Assembly (NCBI GenBank): GCA_963827685.1
Contig: CAWHBU010000004.1
Coordinates: forward strand, 800,001 to 864,000
Reading direction: 5' to 3'
DNA from: an uncultured delta proteobacterium
GTDB taxonomy: Bacteria; Desulfobacterota; BSN033; UBA1163
DNA: 64,000 bases
A program made the position numbers and the translations under genes. The notes beneath the pieces were generated by a model. The model searched no databases. It saw only the letters and a list, made by a program, of their open reading frames with translations, and had not been told where the DNA came from. Below, one piece after another: positions 47,303 through 56,560 of the stretch (the stretch's first letter is position 1; the number at the start of each line of letters is the position of its first letter).

Positions 47303-48331
47303 ATGTATGCCTTAAAATTCGATAAAAATGTTTGTGCCACATGTCCATCGGCCGATTGTCTCTTAAAGTGCCAATACTTGGTATTTAATAAAAACGAGGC
47401 ACATGAGGAGATGATGAAGGTTGTTAAAGGGGAAGACTCCCGTGTATTACAAGAATGTGTAACGTGTTACGCCTGCGAAGAATATTGCAAGAGAGGAAAT
47501 CATCCTTTCTATCTCATCAGCGAACGTAGAGAAGAGAAAGGCATATACACTGCCCCGAGACCCATTACCAACCAATGGATTAACATGACCCAGATGCAGG
47601 GCAAGTCGATGGTCGGGAAAATTAAGGATCAGGCGCTTTCTTCCTGTCTCATTCCTGCCCTGGGTGGATTGGGATCCGGGGAAATCTTCAAGGATGTTGC
47701 TTCGGCTATGGTTTTCGGCGCAGAGTTCATGTGTCCTGCCGTTCACACCCATTTTGCAAAGATGTCGGTCATCAAAGAGAGGCTTCCCGTCGTCATCGAA
47801 AATTTTAATAAATTGGGCGTAAAGGAAGTCATATGTCTGCATGATGAATGTTATGGCACTTACACCTCCATTGCGTCCGCCTATGGCATGAACGTGCCAT
47901 TTCAACCCATCTACTATATGGACTTCTTATTGGACAGGCTGAAGGAATTGAAGGACAAGATAAAACCACTCAACATCAAGGCAGCCTATCAGCGTCCTTG
48001 CTCCAACAGACTGATCCCTGACAAACACCCTCTTGTCAAAAAAATACTGGATTTCATAGGCGTTGAGCTTGCCGACAGAGAGTATCAAGACGAGAACTGT
48101 CTGTGTTGTGCAGACATTCTCCGGTCGGTCTCTGGATACAGATTGGCGAACGACGTACAGCAGAGGAATATAGAGGATATGCTGAAAACTGGCGCCAAGT
48201 ACTGTGTATTTAACTGCCCGGCTTGTCAGTCCACTCTATCTGAAAAAGTTGCAAAAAAGGGGTTAAGACCGATCCATATCATAGACTTGTGTAAGATGGC
48301 CATAGGCGAGAAGGAAAGGGAGGTGCAGTAA
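47303..48331 (+). CDS. (Fe-S)-binding protein with CCG domains
   Basis: CVTCYACEEYC, RPCS, CLCC, CPAC; ATG 47303 after GGAGG. Confidence 0.85.
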   Translation: MYALKFDKNVCATCPSADCLLKCQYLVFNKNEAHEEMMKVVKGEDSRVLQECVTCYACEEYCKRGNHPFYLISERREEKGIYTAPRPITNQWINMTQMQGKSMVGKIKDQALSSCLIPALGGLGSGEIFKDVASAMVFGAEFMCPAVHTHFAKMSVIKERLPVVIENFNKLGVKEVICLHDECYGTYTSIASAYGMNVPFQPIYYMDFLLDRLKELKDKIKPLNIKAAYQRPCSNRLIPDKHPLVKKILDFIGVELADREYQDENCLCCADILRSVSGYRLANDVQQRNIEDMLKTGAKYCVFNCPACQSTLSEKVAKKGLRPIHIIDLCKMAIGEKEREVQ

Positions 48332-48332
48332 G

Positions 48333-49712
48333 ATGAGCGATATCCTTAAGTCTTTAATTGAGATATTAGGAGATCGAGGCGTTTCGAATTCACCGGAAGA
48401 ACTCTGGTTTTATTCGAGAGACCCTGGGGTATTGGCGCCCCACCTGCCGGACTATGTGGTGGCGCCCGAAACGACCGAGCAGGTGCAAAAGGTAGTCCAG
48501 TTGGCTAACAGGGAGCGGATTCCGATCGTTCCCATGGGAAATGGCATGGCCTTGACCGGCCTCGTGATCCCATTAAAAGGCGGCATTGTCATGGATATGA
48601 AGCGGATGAATAAGATATTGGAGGTGAATGAAAAAGCCAGATATGCCGTTGTGGAAGGGGGCACCTCTCAAGGCGTTCTCAAGGCCTACCTGCAAGATCA
48701 TTATCCCCGTCTCAGGCACAGCCTTCCCGACGCACCACCCGTCACGACCATCGCCGCCAATGTGGCCCTCCATGGTCAGGGTCGCCTGACCCAGCAATAT
48801 GGTTTCAATTCCGATATGGTGACCGGCCTGGAAGTCGTGCTGCCCACGGGAGACATCTGCAAGATTGGCTCGCCTTCCTTAGGGCCTTACTGGTTTTCAA
48901 AAGGGCCCACGCTTCCTGATCTGTCCGGACTCTTCTTGGGTTGGCTGGGTACCACCGGCATTTTTACCAAAGTGGGTTTGAAACTCTATCCCAATAAGAA
49001 ATTTAGAGATGTTGAATTATTCGTCACGGACAGGGTCGAGTTGGTTTCGGAAATTTTATACAAACTCACCCATCTTGAGATGCTGGAAGACATAAACGTC
49101 TGGTTCCAGCCGAAGCCCTTAATGTTCAAGGATAACTTCCATATCACGATTTACTTTACCGGTGACACGGAAGAGGAGATTGAGTTCAAAAGAAAGATGA
49201 TTTGGGATGCGGTTCAGGAGTTTATCGATACGAAAGACGGCGGATTCATGGGATTGCAGTTTATGAAAGAAAGGCTTCTGGAAATGCCCCAGAGGGGTGT
49301 AGCGGACTTTGCCGATGTGCCCAAGGGTGGCGGCTTCGAATATTCTGGGCCCATCACTCTGGTTGAGCACTTTCCCCAGTATGCCGCCAAGGTGATCGAA
49401 CTGGCCGCTAAATACAATGTCCTCTATGCCAGCTCGGCAAGAATCATATCGGGAGGCCACTCCATGATGTTCAGTATCTCCTTTGCCTTTAACCGGAAGG
49501 ATCCGGCGATGATGAACAGGGTGAAAAATGCGTTAGACGAGGCGACTGAATTTGCCCTGGAGATGGGAGGAATCCCGTGGAAGCCCAATTTTATGGAACA
49601 GAAAATGACCATGCAAAAGATGGATCCCAACACACTCAAGTTACTCCAGATGGTTAAGAGAAACTTAGATCCGCAGGGAATCATGAATCCCGGGAATTGG
49701 GAGGTGAGCTGA
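48333..49712 (+). CDS. FAD-binding oxidoreductase (GlcD/D-lactate dehydrogenase family)
   Basis: P..VVAPETTEQV, MKRMNKILE, GLEVVLPTG, GTTGIFT, LDPQGIMNPG. Confidence 0.9.
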   Translation: MSDILKSLIEILGDRGVSNSPEELWFYSRDPGVLAPHLPDYVVAPETTEQVQKVVQLANRERIPIVPMGNGMALTGLVIPLKGGIVMDMKRMNKILEVNEKARYAVVEGGTSQGVLKAYLQDHYPRLRHSLPDAPPVTTIAANVALHGQGRLTQQYGFNSDMVTGLEVVLPTGDICKIGSPSLGPYWFSKGPTLPDLSGLFLGWLGTTGIFTKVGLKLYPNKKFRDVELFVTDRVELVSEILYKLTHLEMLEDINVWFQPKPLMFKDNFHITIYFTGDTEEEIEFKRKMIWDAVQEFIDTKDGGFMGLQFMKERLLEMPQRGVADFADVPKGGGFEYSGPITLVEHFPQYAAKVIELAAKYNVLYASSARIISGGHSMMFSISFAFNRKDPAMMNRVKNALDEATEFALEMGGIPWKPNFMEQKMTMQKMDPNTLKLLQMVKRNLDPQGIMNPGNWEVS

Positions 49713-49713
49713 T

Positions 49714-50892
49714 ATGGAATATGAACATTTAATAGAGCATGCGGAGATCGTTCATCGTTGTTTTCGCTGCGGATACTGCAAATTTCCTGGAGATTATGTT
49801 GACTTCAATTGCCCATCTTACAAGGCCTTCGGATGGGACACCTATTCACCAGGCGGGAGAATGTGGCTCATCAGGGCCTGGCTCAATGATGAGATCGATA
49901 CAAGCCCGCATTTTGCCGAGATCCTTTATTCCTGTGTGGCTTGCGACAATTGTAAAGATCAATGTGTCTTTCCGAAATTTAAGGATATCTTGCCTGATAT
50001 CTTTCAAGAGACCAAGGCGGGATTGGTGACAGAGGGCAAAATTCCCCCGGCGGTCAGGGATTATTTCAAGGCGATCATTACGAATGGCAATCCTTTCAAG
50101 GCGCCACAAAAGCTAAGGGGGAAATGGGCGGAGGGAACTGAAATCCAGCCATTTTCCAACCAGGAGTATCTCTTCTATGTGGGCTGTGTCGGCTCCTACG
50201 ATGAGATAGGGATAGAGATGGCCCGATCCGTGGGGACGTTGCTCCATGAATCCGGTTTGTCAATAGGTATATTAGGCAGCCAGGAGACCTGCGACGGGAA
50301 CGAGGTTAAGGTCCTTGGAGAGACCGGGCTCTTTTCTCAGTTGGCTGAAGATAACATCCGTAAATTCAAAGAAAAAGGTGTGAAGAAGATCATCACCCTG
50401 GACCCTCATGCTCTGAATGCCTTCAAGAAGGAGTATCCAAAGCTGGGAGGAAACTTTAACGTCTCTCATTATACTGAAATTCTGGCCGGGCTGATCAAAG
50501 AAAAACGAATCGCTCTTTCCGATTACAGGGCGAAAGTGACTTACCATGATCCCTGTTATTTGGGTAGGCATAATCTGATCTATGCTCCACCGCGAGAGAT
50601 ATTGAAGAGTGTCCCTGGCCTTGAACTGGTAGAAATGCGTAGGAACAATGTGAGCGCTTTTTGCTGCGGAGGTGGAGGCGGCAACTTCTTTACAGATATT
50701 TTAGGAGCGGGGGACAACAGCGCGAACAGAGTTCGAATCAGGGAAGCCATCGAGACAGGTGCCCGGATCATAGCAGTAGCCTGTCCGAGTTGCGCCAAGA
50801 TGCTGACGGACGCAGTTAAAATGGAAGAGCAGGAAGACAAACTGGAAGTTCGGAATATAGCCGAAATTGTTTGGAGAGCCCGCTCAAAGTAA
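49714..50892 (+). CDS. (Fe-S)-binding oxidoreductase (GlpC/HdrD-like, CCG domains)
   Basis: CFRCGYC, CVACDNC...C, YHDPCYLGR, CCGGGGG, ACPSC. Confidence 0.9.
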   Translation: MEYEHLIEHAEIVHRCFRCGYCKFPGDYVDFNCPSYKAFGWDTYSPGGRMWLIRAWLNDEIDTSPHFAEILYSCVACDNCKDQCVFPKFKDILPDIFQETKAGLVTEGKIPPAVRDYFKAIITNGNPFKAPQKLRGKWAEGTEIQPFSNQEYLFYVGCVGSYDEIGIEMARSVGTLLHESGLSIGILGSQETCDGNEVKVLGETGLFSQLAEDNIRKFKEKGVKKIITLDPHALNAFKKEYPKLGGNFNVSHYTEILAGLIKEKRIALSDYRAKVTYHDPCYLGRHNLIYAPPREILKSVPGLELVEMRRNNVSAFCCGGGGGNFFTDILGAGDNSANRVRIREAIETGARIIAVACPSCAKMLTDAVKMEEQEDKLEVRNIAEIVWRARSK

Positions 50893-50976
50893 ACCCCGTT
50901 AGAAATTCCAGTCGTTGCGACTCGAAACCGAGCGGGGCATTAAACCCCGCCGGAATTATTTAGAATGTAATCCCGC
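50892..50976. repeat. Truncated ACCCCGTTAGAAA-type dispersed repeat
   Basis: aaccccgttagaaattcc...gcggggcattaaaccccgc hairpin between convergent genes. Confidence 0.5.
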
Positions 50977-51453
50977 GCCCTTCTCATCCTCGAATTCGTA
51001 AAGCTTCTCGATGATGTACTGAATATATTTCTCGCACTTGTCCTTCGAAACCCCTGATTCACGAAACTTCTGGTACTCGCCGGGCTTGGAGAAATCTATG
51101 CCCAGAAGGCCACGACAGGTGATGTCACCAAACTGTTTCGTGAAATCCCTGACCAATTTGCCTGAATAGTGACGGGCAGTATTTCTTGCCTGCTCCGCCT
51201 TCTCCTTGTCCGTGAGGGAACAACGGTGTCTCAGCCCAAGGCTTATCGCTGACGCAGAGACCGCGCCGCACGGGGCTTGTTGTTCTCCACTGATCCCTCC
51301 CATGAACGGAATGCCTGCCCAAAGGAAATCCTCATTAGCCAAATCATATGCTTCCCACATAACTTGCAGGACCGATGGGCCTCAGTGATAACCCCTACGC
51401 ATAAATTCCAATGCGCGGCCTTTTGCTTCTTCAAGAGATATTTTTGTCGGCAT
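50956..51453 (-). CDS. Selenocysteine-containing C_GCAxxG_C_C family redox protein (165 aa)
   Basis: MPTK...RRGYH-TGA-GPSVLQVMWEAY...APCGAVSA...ITC...KC; UGA at 51382-51384 in place of the first Cys; 11-bp hairpin downstream. Confidence 0.88.
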
Positions 51454-51543
51454 GTTTAAACCCCCTTTATAAAATAAGGACACACCCTCTTGAATTTTGG
51501 GTGATGACCGGGATAGGCTAAGAATGAAAAATGGGATGTGTTC

Positions 51544-52329
51544 CTATTTCACTTGTAAATCAACTTCTTCAAATTTATCATCTCTAAAGAGTAAGATCCT
51601 GAGCGAATCGTCCGGCTTCGCCGTATCAGACATTTCTTCAAATTCTTGAACACTTCCCACTTCTTTTGCGTTGACTTTAGTAATGATGTCCCCAGCTTTG
51701 ATTCCAGAGGTTTCTGAGACACTGCCCGGGAGGACCTCTGCCACCAACACCCCTTTCTTCCCCTTGAAGTTAAAGTTGGAGGCTAAGGCAGGGGTCAGTT
51801 CCTGAATTCGAATTCCAAATCGTTCTCCAAAGGCAATCTTTTGGGTGAGGGCGATTCCCTGTTCATTGAGAATCTTGGTAGAGACATAGATCGGAGTTTT
51901 AGACTTTAATGCGAGGATAATCGCATCGCTGGGTCGAGCGTCAACCTCGATCACTCCTTTTTTCATTTTTAGAAAGAGAATTGCATAGTAAGTGTTATCT
52001 TTTACGTCAACAATTCTTACTTCCTTCACCTCGACTTGAGCTTGAGTCAGAATCGAATGGAGGAGGTCATGAGTCAAGGGTCTCGTGGAGGTGATGTTTT
52101 TTAATTCCTTATCGATTGCATTGGCTTCAAGAAGGCCGATCCAAATGGGTAGCGCCTTCGCACCCTCCTTATCCACAAGGATGACCACCGGGCTCTGTCC
52201 GATGGCATCCAGCCTCACCCCTTTCACCTCCATTTCAATGAAAGGCGGAGGTGTTTCTTTACTGATAGCGATGAGCACCAAGGAGATAAGCAGAACAACT
52301 GCAAGGCCGATCTTCCAATATCTTCTCAT
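51544..52329 (-). CDS. DUF151 bifunctional nuclease domain + PDZ domain protein with N-terminal signal/TM segment
   Basis: LPIWIG..EA.AI, RPLTHDL, DARPSDAI.LA; FGIRIQEL...GV.V.EV..GS.....GIKAGDII. Confidence 0.88.
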   Translation of the reverse strand: MRRYWKIGLAVVLLISLVLIAISKETPPPFIEMEVKGVRLDAIGQSPVVILVDKEGAKALPIWIGLLEANAIDKELKNITSTRPLTHDLLHSILTQAQVEVKEVRIVDVKDNTYYAILFLKMKKGVIEVDARPSDAIILALKSKTPIYVSTKILNEQGIALTQKIAFGERFGIRIQELTPALASNFNFKGKKGVLVAEVLPGSVSETSGIKAGDIITKVNAKEVGSVQEFEEMSDTAKPDDSLRILLFRDDKFEEVDLQVK

Positions 52330-52775
52330 GAGCTTTTCCTCTTTTTAATTGTTCTCTGCCTGAGTATGGCCATCAAACCAATGATCATCTTTTGTCCATC
52401 CCGCTTCGTCATGGGTTCCGGCCTTCTAATGATACGCTGACAGAAAGCGCGGTAATGTCCTACATCCCAGTTCAATTTTTCCAAAAGGTAAGAGACAAAG
52501 CCCAGTTGGCTCGAAGTAATCGCTTCCTGACCCAGAGGGCTATCCGGGGGAATGAGTCGTCCTTTCGGTACAGGCTGATAGGGGTCAGGGAGAAGGCCTT
52601 TGAATCCCATCTCTTGAAACCGTCTCATCACCTTCTCAAAACCTTCTTCCGTCAACTGGGCTGAACTCTCCACTCCTGCCACCCCTTTAAGAATCTGTCG
52701 ATAGGAATCCTCATCAAGATGAAGGTCCTCTTTGGCGATATGAACAATGGCCTTCTTTTTTCTACCAATAGGCAT
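52326..52775 (-). CDS. Mu GemA/gp16-like (DUF1018) protein
   Basis: IVHIAK..L.LDEDSYR.IL....G.ESSA.L......V...F...GF. Confidence 0.75.
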   Translation of the reverse strand: MPIGRKKKAIVHIAKEDLHLDEDSYRQILKGVAGVESSAQLTEEGFEKVMRRFQEMGFKGLLPDPYQPVPKGRLIPPDSPLGQEAITSSQLGFVSYLLEKLNWDVGHYRAFCQRIIRRPEPMTKRDGQKMIIGLMAILRQRTIKKRKSS

Positions 52776-52911
52776 TTACCTCATTATACCCCAAAAGGGA
52801 CGGAAAAAGAAAATTCATCATTTGGAAGTTCAATAACGCGCATAGGGCAAAGACATAAAAAATTTCTTGCAAATATCGTTTGAGGCGTAAGATACTATAT
52901 AAGAATTGATC

Positions 52912-53848
52912 ATGAGATTCCGCGTTTTATTTTTGCTCTTCTTCTTTCTGCCTTTCTCCCTGTTAATGATCGGGGATGGAAGAATATCGGGCGAGAAGGT
53001 TATGATATCGATAGAAAATCTGAAAGGGCATGTGCAAAGTATCCATTTCGATCGAAGTCCTTATCATCACTATCTTGAATTGGAGCAAGCAGCACAATAT
53101 ATTAAGAGAGAATTTCTCAATATCGGATTGGACGTGAAAGAGGACCATTTTCAATGGGAAGGGAAAACTTATAAAAATATCGTGGCGGAAAAGAAAGGGA
53201 TAATCTCTCCCCATAGAGTTCTTATCCTGGGGGCTCGATTACGACACCGTTCCGGGTTCTCCGGGAGCGGATGACAATGCCAGTGCCATCGCCGTACTTC
53301 TCGAGGTGGCAAGAAATATTCAAGCTGTTCCTTTAGAGGGTACCGTAAGATTGATTGCCTTCTCCCTTGAAGAATACAGTTATGTCGGCAGTACCCGTTA
53401 TGTGGAGAATCTGAAAAAGGGAAGAGAGGAAATCCTCGGGATGATTTCGGTAGAAATGGTGGGATTTACCGGTCCAAGGCAAGATTATCCTCCTTATCTC
53501 AATCCCAAACATTACCCCAATGTAGGAGATTTCATCGCCATCATTGGAAATGAGAGGTCGAAGAAATTGTTGGAAGAAGTTTGTCAGTCTTTCAAAACCC
53601 ATATTCCACAGATCCCTTTAGAATTTATTGTGGTACCTGGGAATGGGGAAGGAATGGAAGAGGTGAGACTGAGTGACCATAGTACCTTCTGGGATCAAGG
53701 GATGTCAGCGCTGATGGTCACAGATACTGGTTTTTTAAGAAACCCGAATTACCACCTCTCTTCAGATAGAATGGAGACGCTCAATTTCGAATTTATGCAA
53801 AAAGTGGCCACAGGAGTTTTTTATTCGGTCGTGGAGTTGGCTAAATGA
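52912..53848 (+). pseudogene. M28 family peptidase interrupted by a +1 frameshift
   Basis: Removing G53237 restores ILGAHYDTVPGSPGADDNASA and joins ORFs 52906-53274 and 53306-53848 (EE, SDH, YH). Confidence 0.85.
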
Positions 53849-54321
53849 AAATCGGTGTCATTTCAGATACGCATTTGAGGGAGCCTCACCCTGAATTCAA
53901 GAGGATGATTGAATTCCATTTCAAGGATGTGGAAAAGATTTTTCATGCAGGAGACTTTGTGGACTGGAGCATCGCAGAGTATCTTTCAAGCCTGAAAGAA
54001 CTGATTGCCGTGTGTGGCAATATGGACTCCTACGATATTCGGAAAGCATTTTCTCAGAAGAGGATCGTGGAACTAAAAGGATTTAAGATCGGTCTGATCC
54101 ATGGGGGAGGTTTTCCATATGGAATCGAGTTACGCATTCGAGAAGAATTCGATAATGTGGATGCTATCGTTTACGGCCACACCCATACGCCGGCGAATCA
54201 TCAGGTAAAAAACGTTTATTTCTTCAATCCCGGCTCTTTCACCCGCTCTTTTACGGATCAAGCCACCCTTGGTGTCCTACACGTTGGAGAGAAGATCGAA
54301 GGCGAGATCATCAAAATATAA
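53845..54321 (+). CDS. YfcE-family metallophosphoesterase
   Basis: SDTH, HAGD, GNMD, HG, GHTH, NPGS. Confidence 0.93.
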   Translation: MKIGVISDTHLREPHPEFKRMIEFHFKDVEKIFHAGDFVDWSIAEYLSSLKELIAVCGNMDSYDIRKAFSQKRIVELKGFKIGLIHGGGFPYGIELRIREEFDNVDAIVYGHTHTPANHQVKNVYFFNPGSFTRSFTDQATLGVLHVGEKIEGEIIKI

Positions 54322-54351
54322 GTATCAAATGAAAATGGAGTGATGGAACAT

Positions 54352-54386
54352 TTCCCCGTTGGGGAGAGGGAGAGGGTGAAGGGAAT
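54352..54386. repeat. REP-like palindrome (GGGAGAGGG family)
   Basis: ttccccgttggggagagggagagggtgaaggg. Confidence 0.5.
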
Positions 54387-54387
54387 T

Positions 54388-54591
54388 TTAACGGGGTGTG
54401 GGGTCTAATGCTCCACCGGTCAGAGTACATTTTGTAAAATCAATCTCCTGATGGCAGCCCCTGCAGGTATGTTTTCTATCAAATTCGTCGGAGAAGATCT
54501 CGACTTCCTTCCCACAGCTCGGGCATTTGCACACGAAAGATTTCAGATCCTTAAACTGCTCAAAGCCTGGACAATGTCTCGGGATGCTCAT
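54388..54591 (-). CDS. Small Cys-rich zinc-ribbon-like protein
   Basis: CPG...CPSCG.EVEIFSDE....CRGC; GAGG RBS. Confidence 0.7.
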   Translation of the reverse strand: MSIPRHCPGFEQFKDLKSFVCKCPSCGKEVEIFSDEFDRKHTCRGCHQEIDFTKCTLTGGALDPTPR

Positions 54592-54653
54592 AAATACCTC
54601 CTATCCAAACGATCCATTCATCTTTTTCTGCTCGTAGTCTAAAGTTCATCGTT

Positions 54654-55259
54654 TCATTTCAGTTTCTCCAAAGCCTCCATGAGGTCCTCAAGGGGAGGTC
54701 TCTTGTTGATATCGTGGACGTCGACATAACGAATGATTCCCTTTTTATCGATGACAAACAAAGCCCTTTCGGATACCCCATCGGATCGCAATACTCCATA
54801 TCTTTTAGCTACCGCTCCGTGGGGCCAGAAGTCAGAGAGAACTGGGAACCATAGCTGACCCATTTGGTTGGTCCATGCAAAAAGGGTCGGGAGGTTATCA
54901 ACCGTAATTCCAAGTAGGACGGCATCATATCGGTTAAAAATATCTTTCGCAATATTATAGCCAGGCCATTGATCTGAACAGACGGGTGTCCAGGCCGCGG
55001 GGACAAAGGAGAGGACGACATTCTTTTTCCCACGATATTGACCCAAAGAGATTTTTTCTCCGGAAATTGCGGGAAGAGTGAAGTCAGGAGCTGGGTCTCC
55101 GACTTTTACTTTTAGCTTGCTATCAGTCGGCTTAAGCGTCCCCACCTGATAAATGTTTCCTTTATATACATCTGAAAGGCCAAAGGCCATTGGAACTGAG
55201 ACAAAGACAGATAAAACTCCAATGATCAAAATGATATGGGTAAATCTCTTGTTTTCCAT
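54654..55259 (-). CDS. Peroxiredoxin (AhpE-like, Cys form), exported
   Basis: FVPAAWTPVC, SDFWPHGAVA..YG, ERALFVID. Confidence 0.9.
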   Translation of the reverse strand: MENKRFTHIILIIGVLSVFVSVPMAFGLSDVYKGNIYQVGTLKPTDSKLKVKVGDPAPDFTLPAISGEKISLGQYRGKKNVVLSFVPAAWTPVCSDQWPGYNIAKDIFNRYDAVLLGITVDNLPTLFAWTNQMGQLWFPVLSDFWPHGAVAKRYGVLRSDGVSERALFVIDKKGIIRYVDVHDINKRPPLEDLMEALEKLK

Positions 55260-55277
55260 GGTTTTTCCTCCTGCTCC

Positions 55278-55853
55278 CTACATTAATCCGGAAGCTTTGA
55301 GTACCAGTTCTAAAAATGGCTCTGCACCTGGATAATTTCCCAGCTGGGTGTGCACAATTTGGTGAGTCCCGTCCTCATTAATTTTGACAACTACGTAGTA
55401 GGGTGTCCTCACTTCTCCGCAAGCCTTATGGATCGTGAAATCCTTATCCGGGAAAAGTGGGAAAGGGACGTTATACGTTTTCTTGAACACTTCCACTTCA
55501 TAAGGTGAATTTCCTGCACCGATCCCGATTAATTTGACTTTGTTCTTAATGTCGGGATGATTTTCAATGAGGCGATACAGCTCATTGACTCCGGGTGCAT
55601 CCTTCTGGCAGAAAGGGCAGTACATGCTGAAGATTTCAACAATCACGGCAATTGCTTTGATCTGTGGGATCTTGAAAAGGCCACTGCCGGTAAGCCCCAG
55701 ATAGTTTTTTTCATCCGGATTCTTGGGGACGGGAAGATTGATCACTGGGAGCACCTCTCCCTTTTGCGGTGGTTTGTTGTCTGCCAGGGCAGGAAAAACA
55801 GTTATCGAAAACAAGAAAGTGATTATGGCCAAGACCGTCAAATTTTTCTTCAT
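55278..55853 (-). CDS. TlpA/thioredoxin-like protein, exported
   Basis: Signal peptide, FSMYCPFC, RTP; ATG 55853 after GGAGG. Confidence 0.85.
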   Translation of the reverse strand: MKKNLTVLAIITFLFSITVFPALADNKPPQKGEVLPVINLPVPKNPDEKNYLGLTGSGLFKIPQIKAIAVIVEIFSMYCPFCQKDAPGVNELYRLIENHPDIKNKVKLIGIGAGNSPYEVEVFKKTYNVPFPLFPDKDFTIHKACGEVRTPYYVVVKINEDGTHQIVHTQLGNYPGAEPFLELVLKASGLM

Positions 55854-55870
55854 TCCTCCATCTCCTTTTA

Positions 55871-55982
55871 GGTCAACCCTTCGGCTCCCCAGCATAAATG
55901 CTGGGGCTTGCTCAGGGTTGACCCTGAGCGGGGCTTATACACCGCCCTAAAGGGCGGAGCTTGGCGCCGCCGAATGGGTCAA
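55871..55982. repeat. Composite nested palindromic element
   Basis: CCCTTCGGC[tccccagcataaatgctgggg]..GCTCAGGGTTGACCCTGAGC[..accgccctaaagggcggagctt..]GCCGAATGGG. Confidence 0.7.
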
Positions 55983-56489
55983 TTTTTTAAGGGCACTTAA
56001 TATGGCTTCATAATCTGGTTCTTTTGTGAGCTCCTTGACTAATTGAATATATTGAATGCTGCCCTGTCCATCCACAAGAAATACCGCTCTTGCCAGCAGC
56101 CTCAATTCCTTTATTAAGACCCCAAACGAGGTACCAAAGGAAGCATCACGATGGTCCGATAATGTTTTAACCTTATCTACACCGGCGGCGGCACACCAGC
56201 GTTTCTGGGCGAAAGGCAAATCCATACTGATGGTTAAGATCAGAAGATCCATGCCCAGCCGACTTGCCTCTTCATTGAATTTCCTTGTCTCGATATCACA
56301 GACTGGAGTGTCAAGAGATGGAACAGAGGAGAGGATACAGATCTTACCCCGGTACGATGAAAATTGAACTGGGGTAAGGTCATTGTCAAGAACCGTAAAG
56401 TCCGGCGCCGTATCTCCCATTTTAACCTCGTTTCCCGTCAAGGTCAGGGGATTCCCCTTCATCGTGATCAGTCCGTGTCGTTCTTTCAT
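55947..56489 (-). CDS. tpx: Thiol peroxidase
   Basis: KGNPLTL.G, SVPSLDTPVC, SMDLPFAQKRWC, LLARAV, EPDY; ATG 56489. Confidence 0.93.
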   Translation of the reverse strand: MKERHGLITMKGNPLTLTGNEVKMGDTAPDFTVLDNDLTPVQFSSYRGKICILSSVPSLDTPVCDIETRKFNEEASRLGMDLLILTISMDLPFAQKRWCAAAGVDKVKTLSDHRDASFGTSFGVLIKELRLLARAVFLVDGQGSIQYIQLVKELTKEPDYEAILSALKKLTHSAAPSSAL

Positions 56490-56560
56490 TTCAACCTCCA
56501 CCAAAATTTCAGAAACGAGACATTTAAATTTTTTTGAGCCAAATTTCAGTGAAATAAGGA

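Noticed and set aside
53272-53274. TGA ending ORF 52906-53274 as a third selenocysteine codon
   Set aside because: It is out of frame after a +1 insertion; the correct frame reads GADDNAS there.
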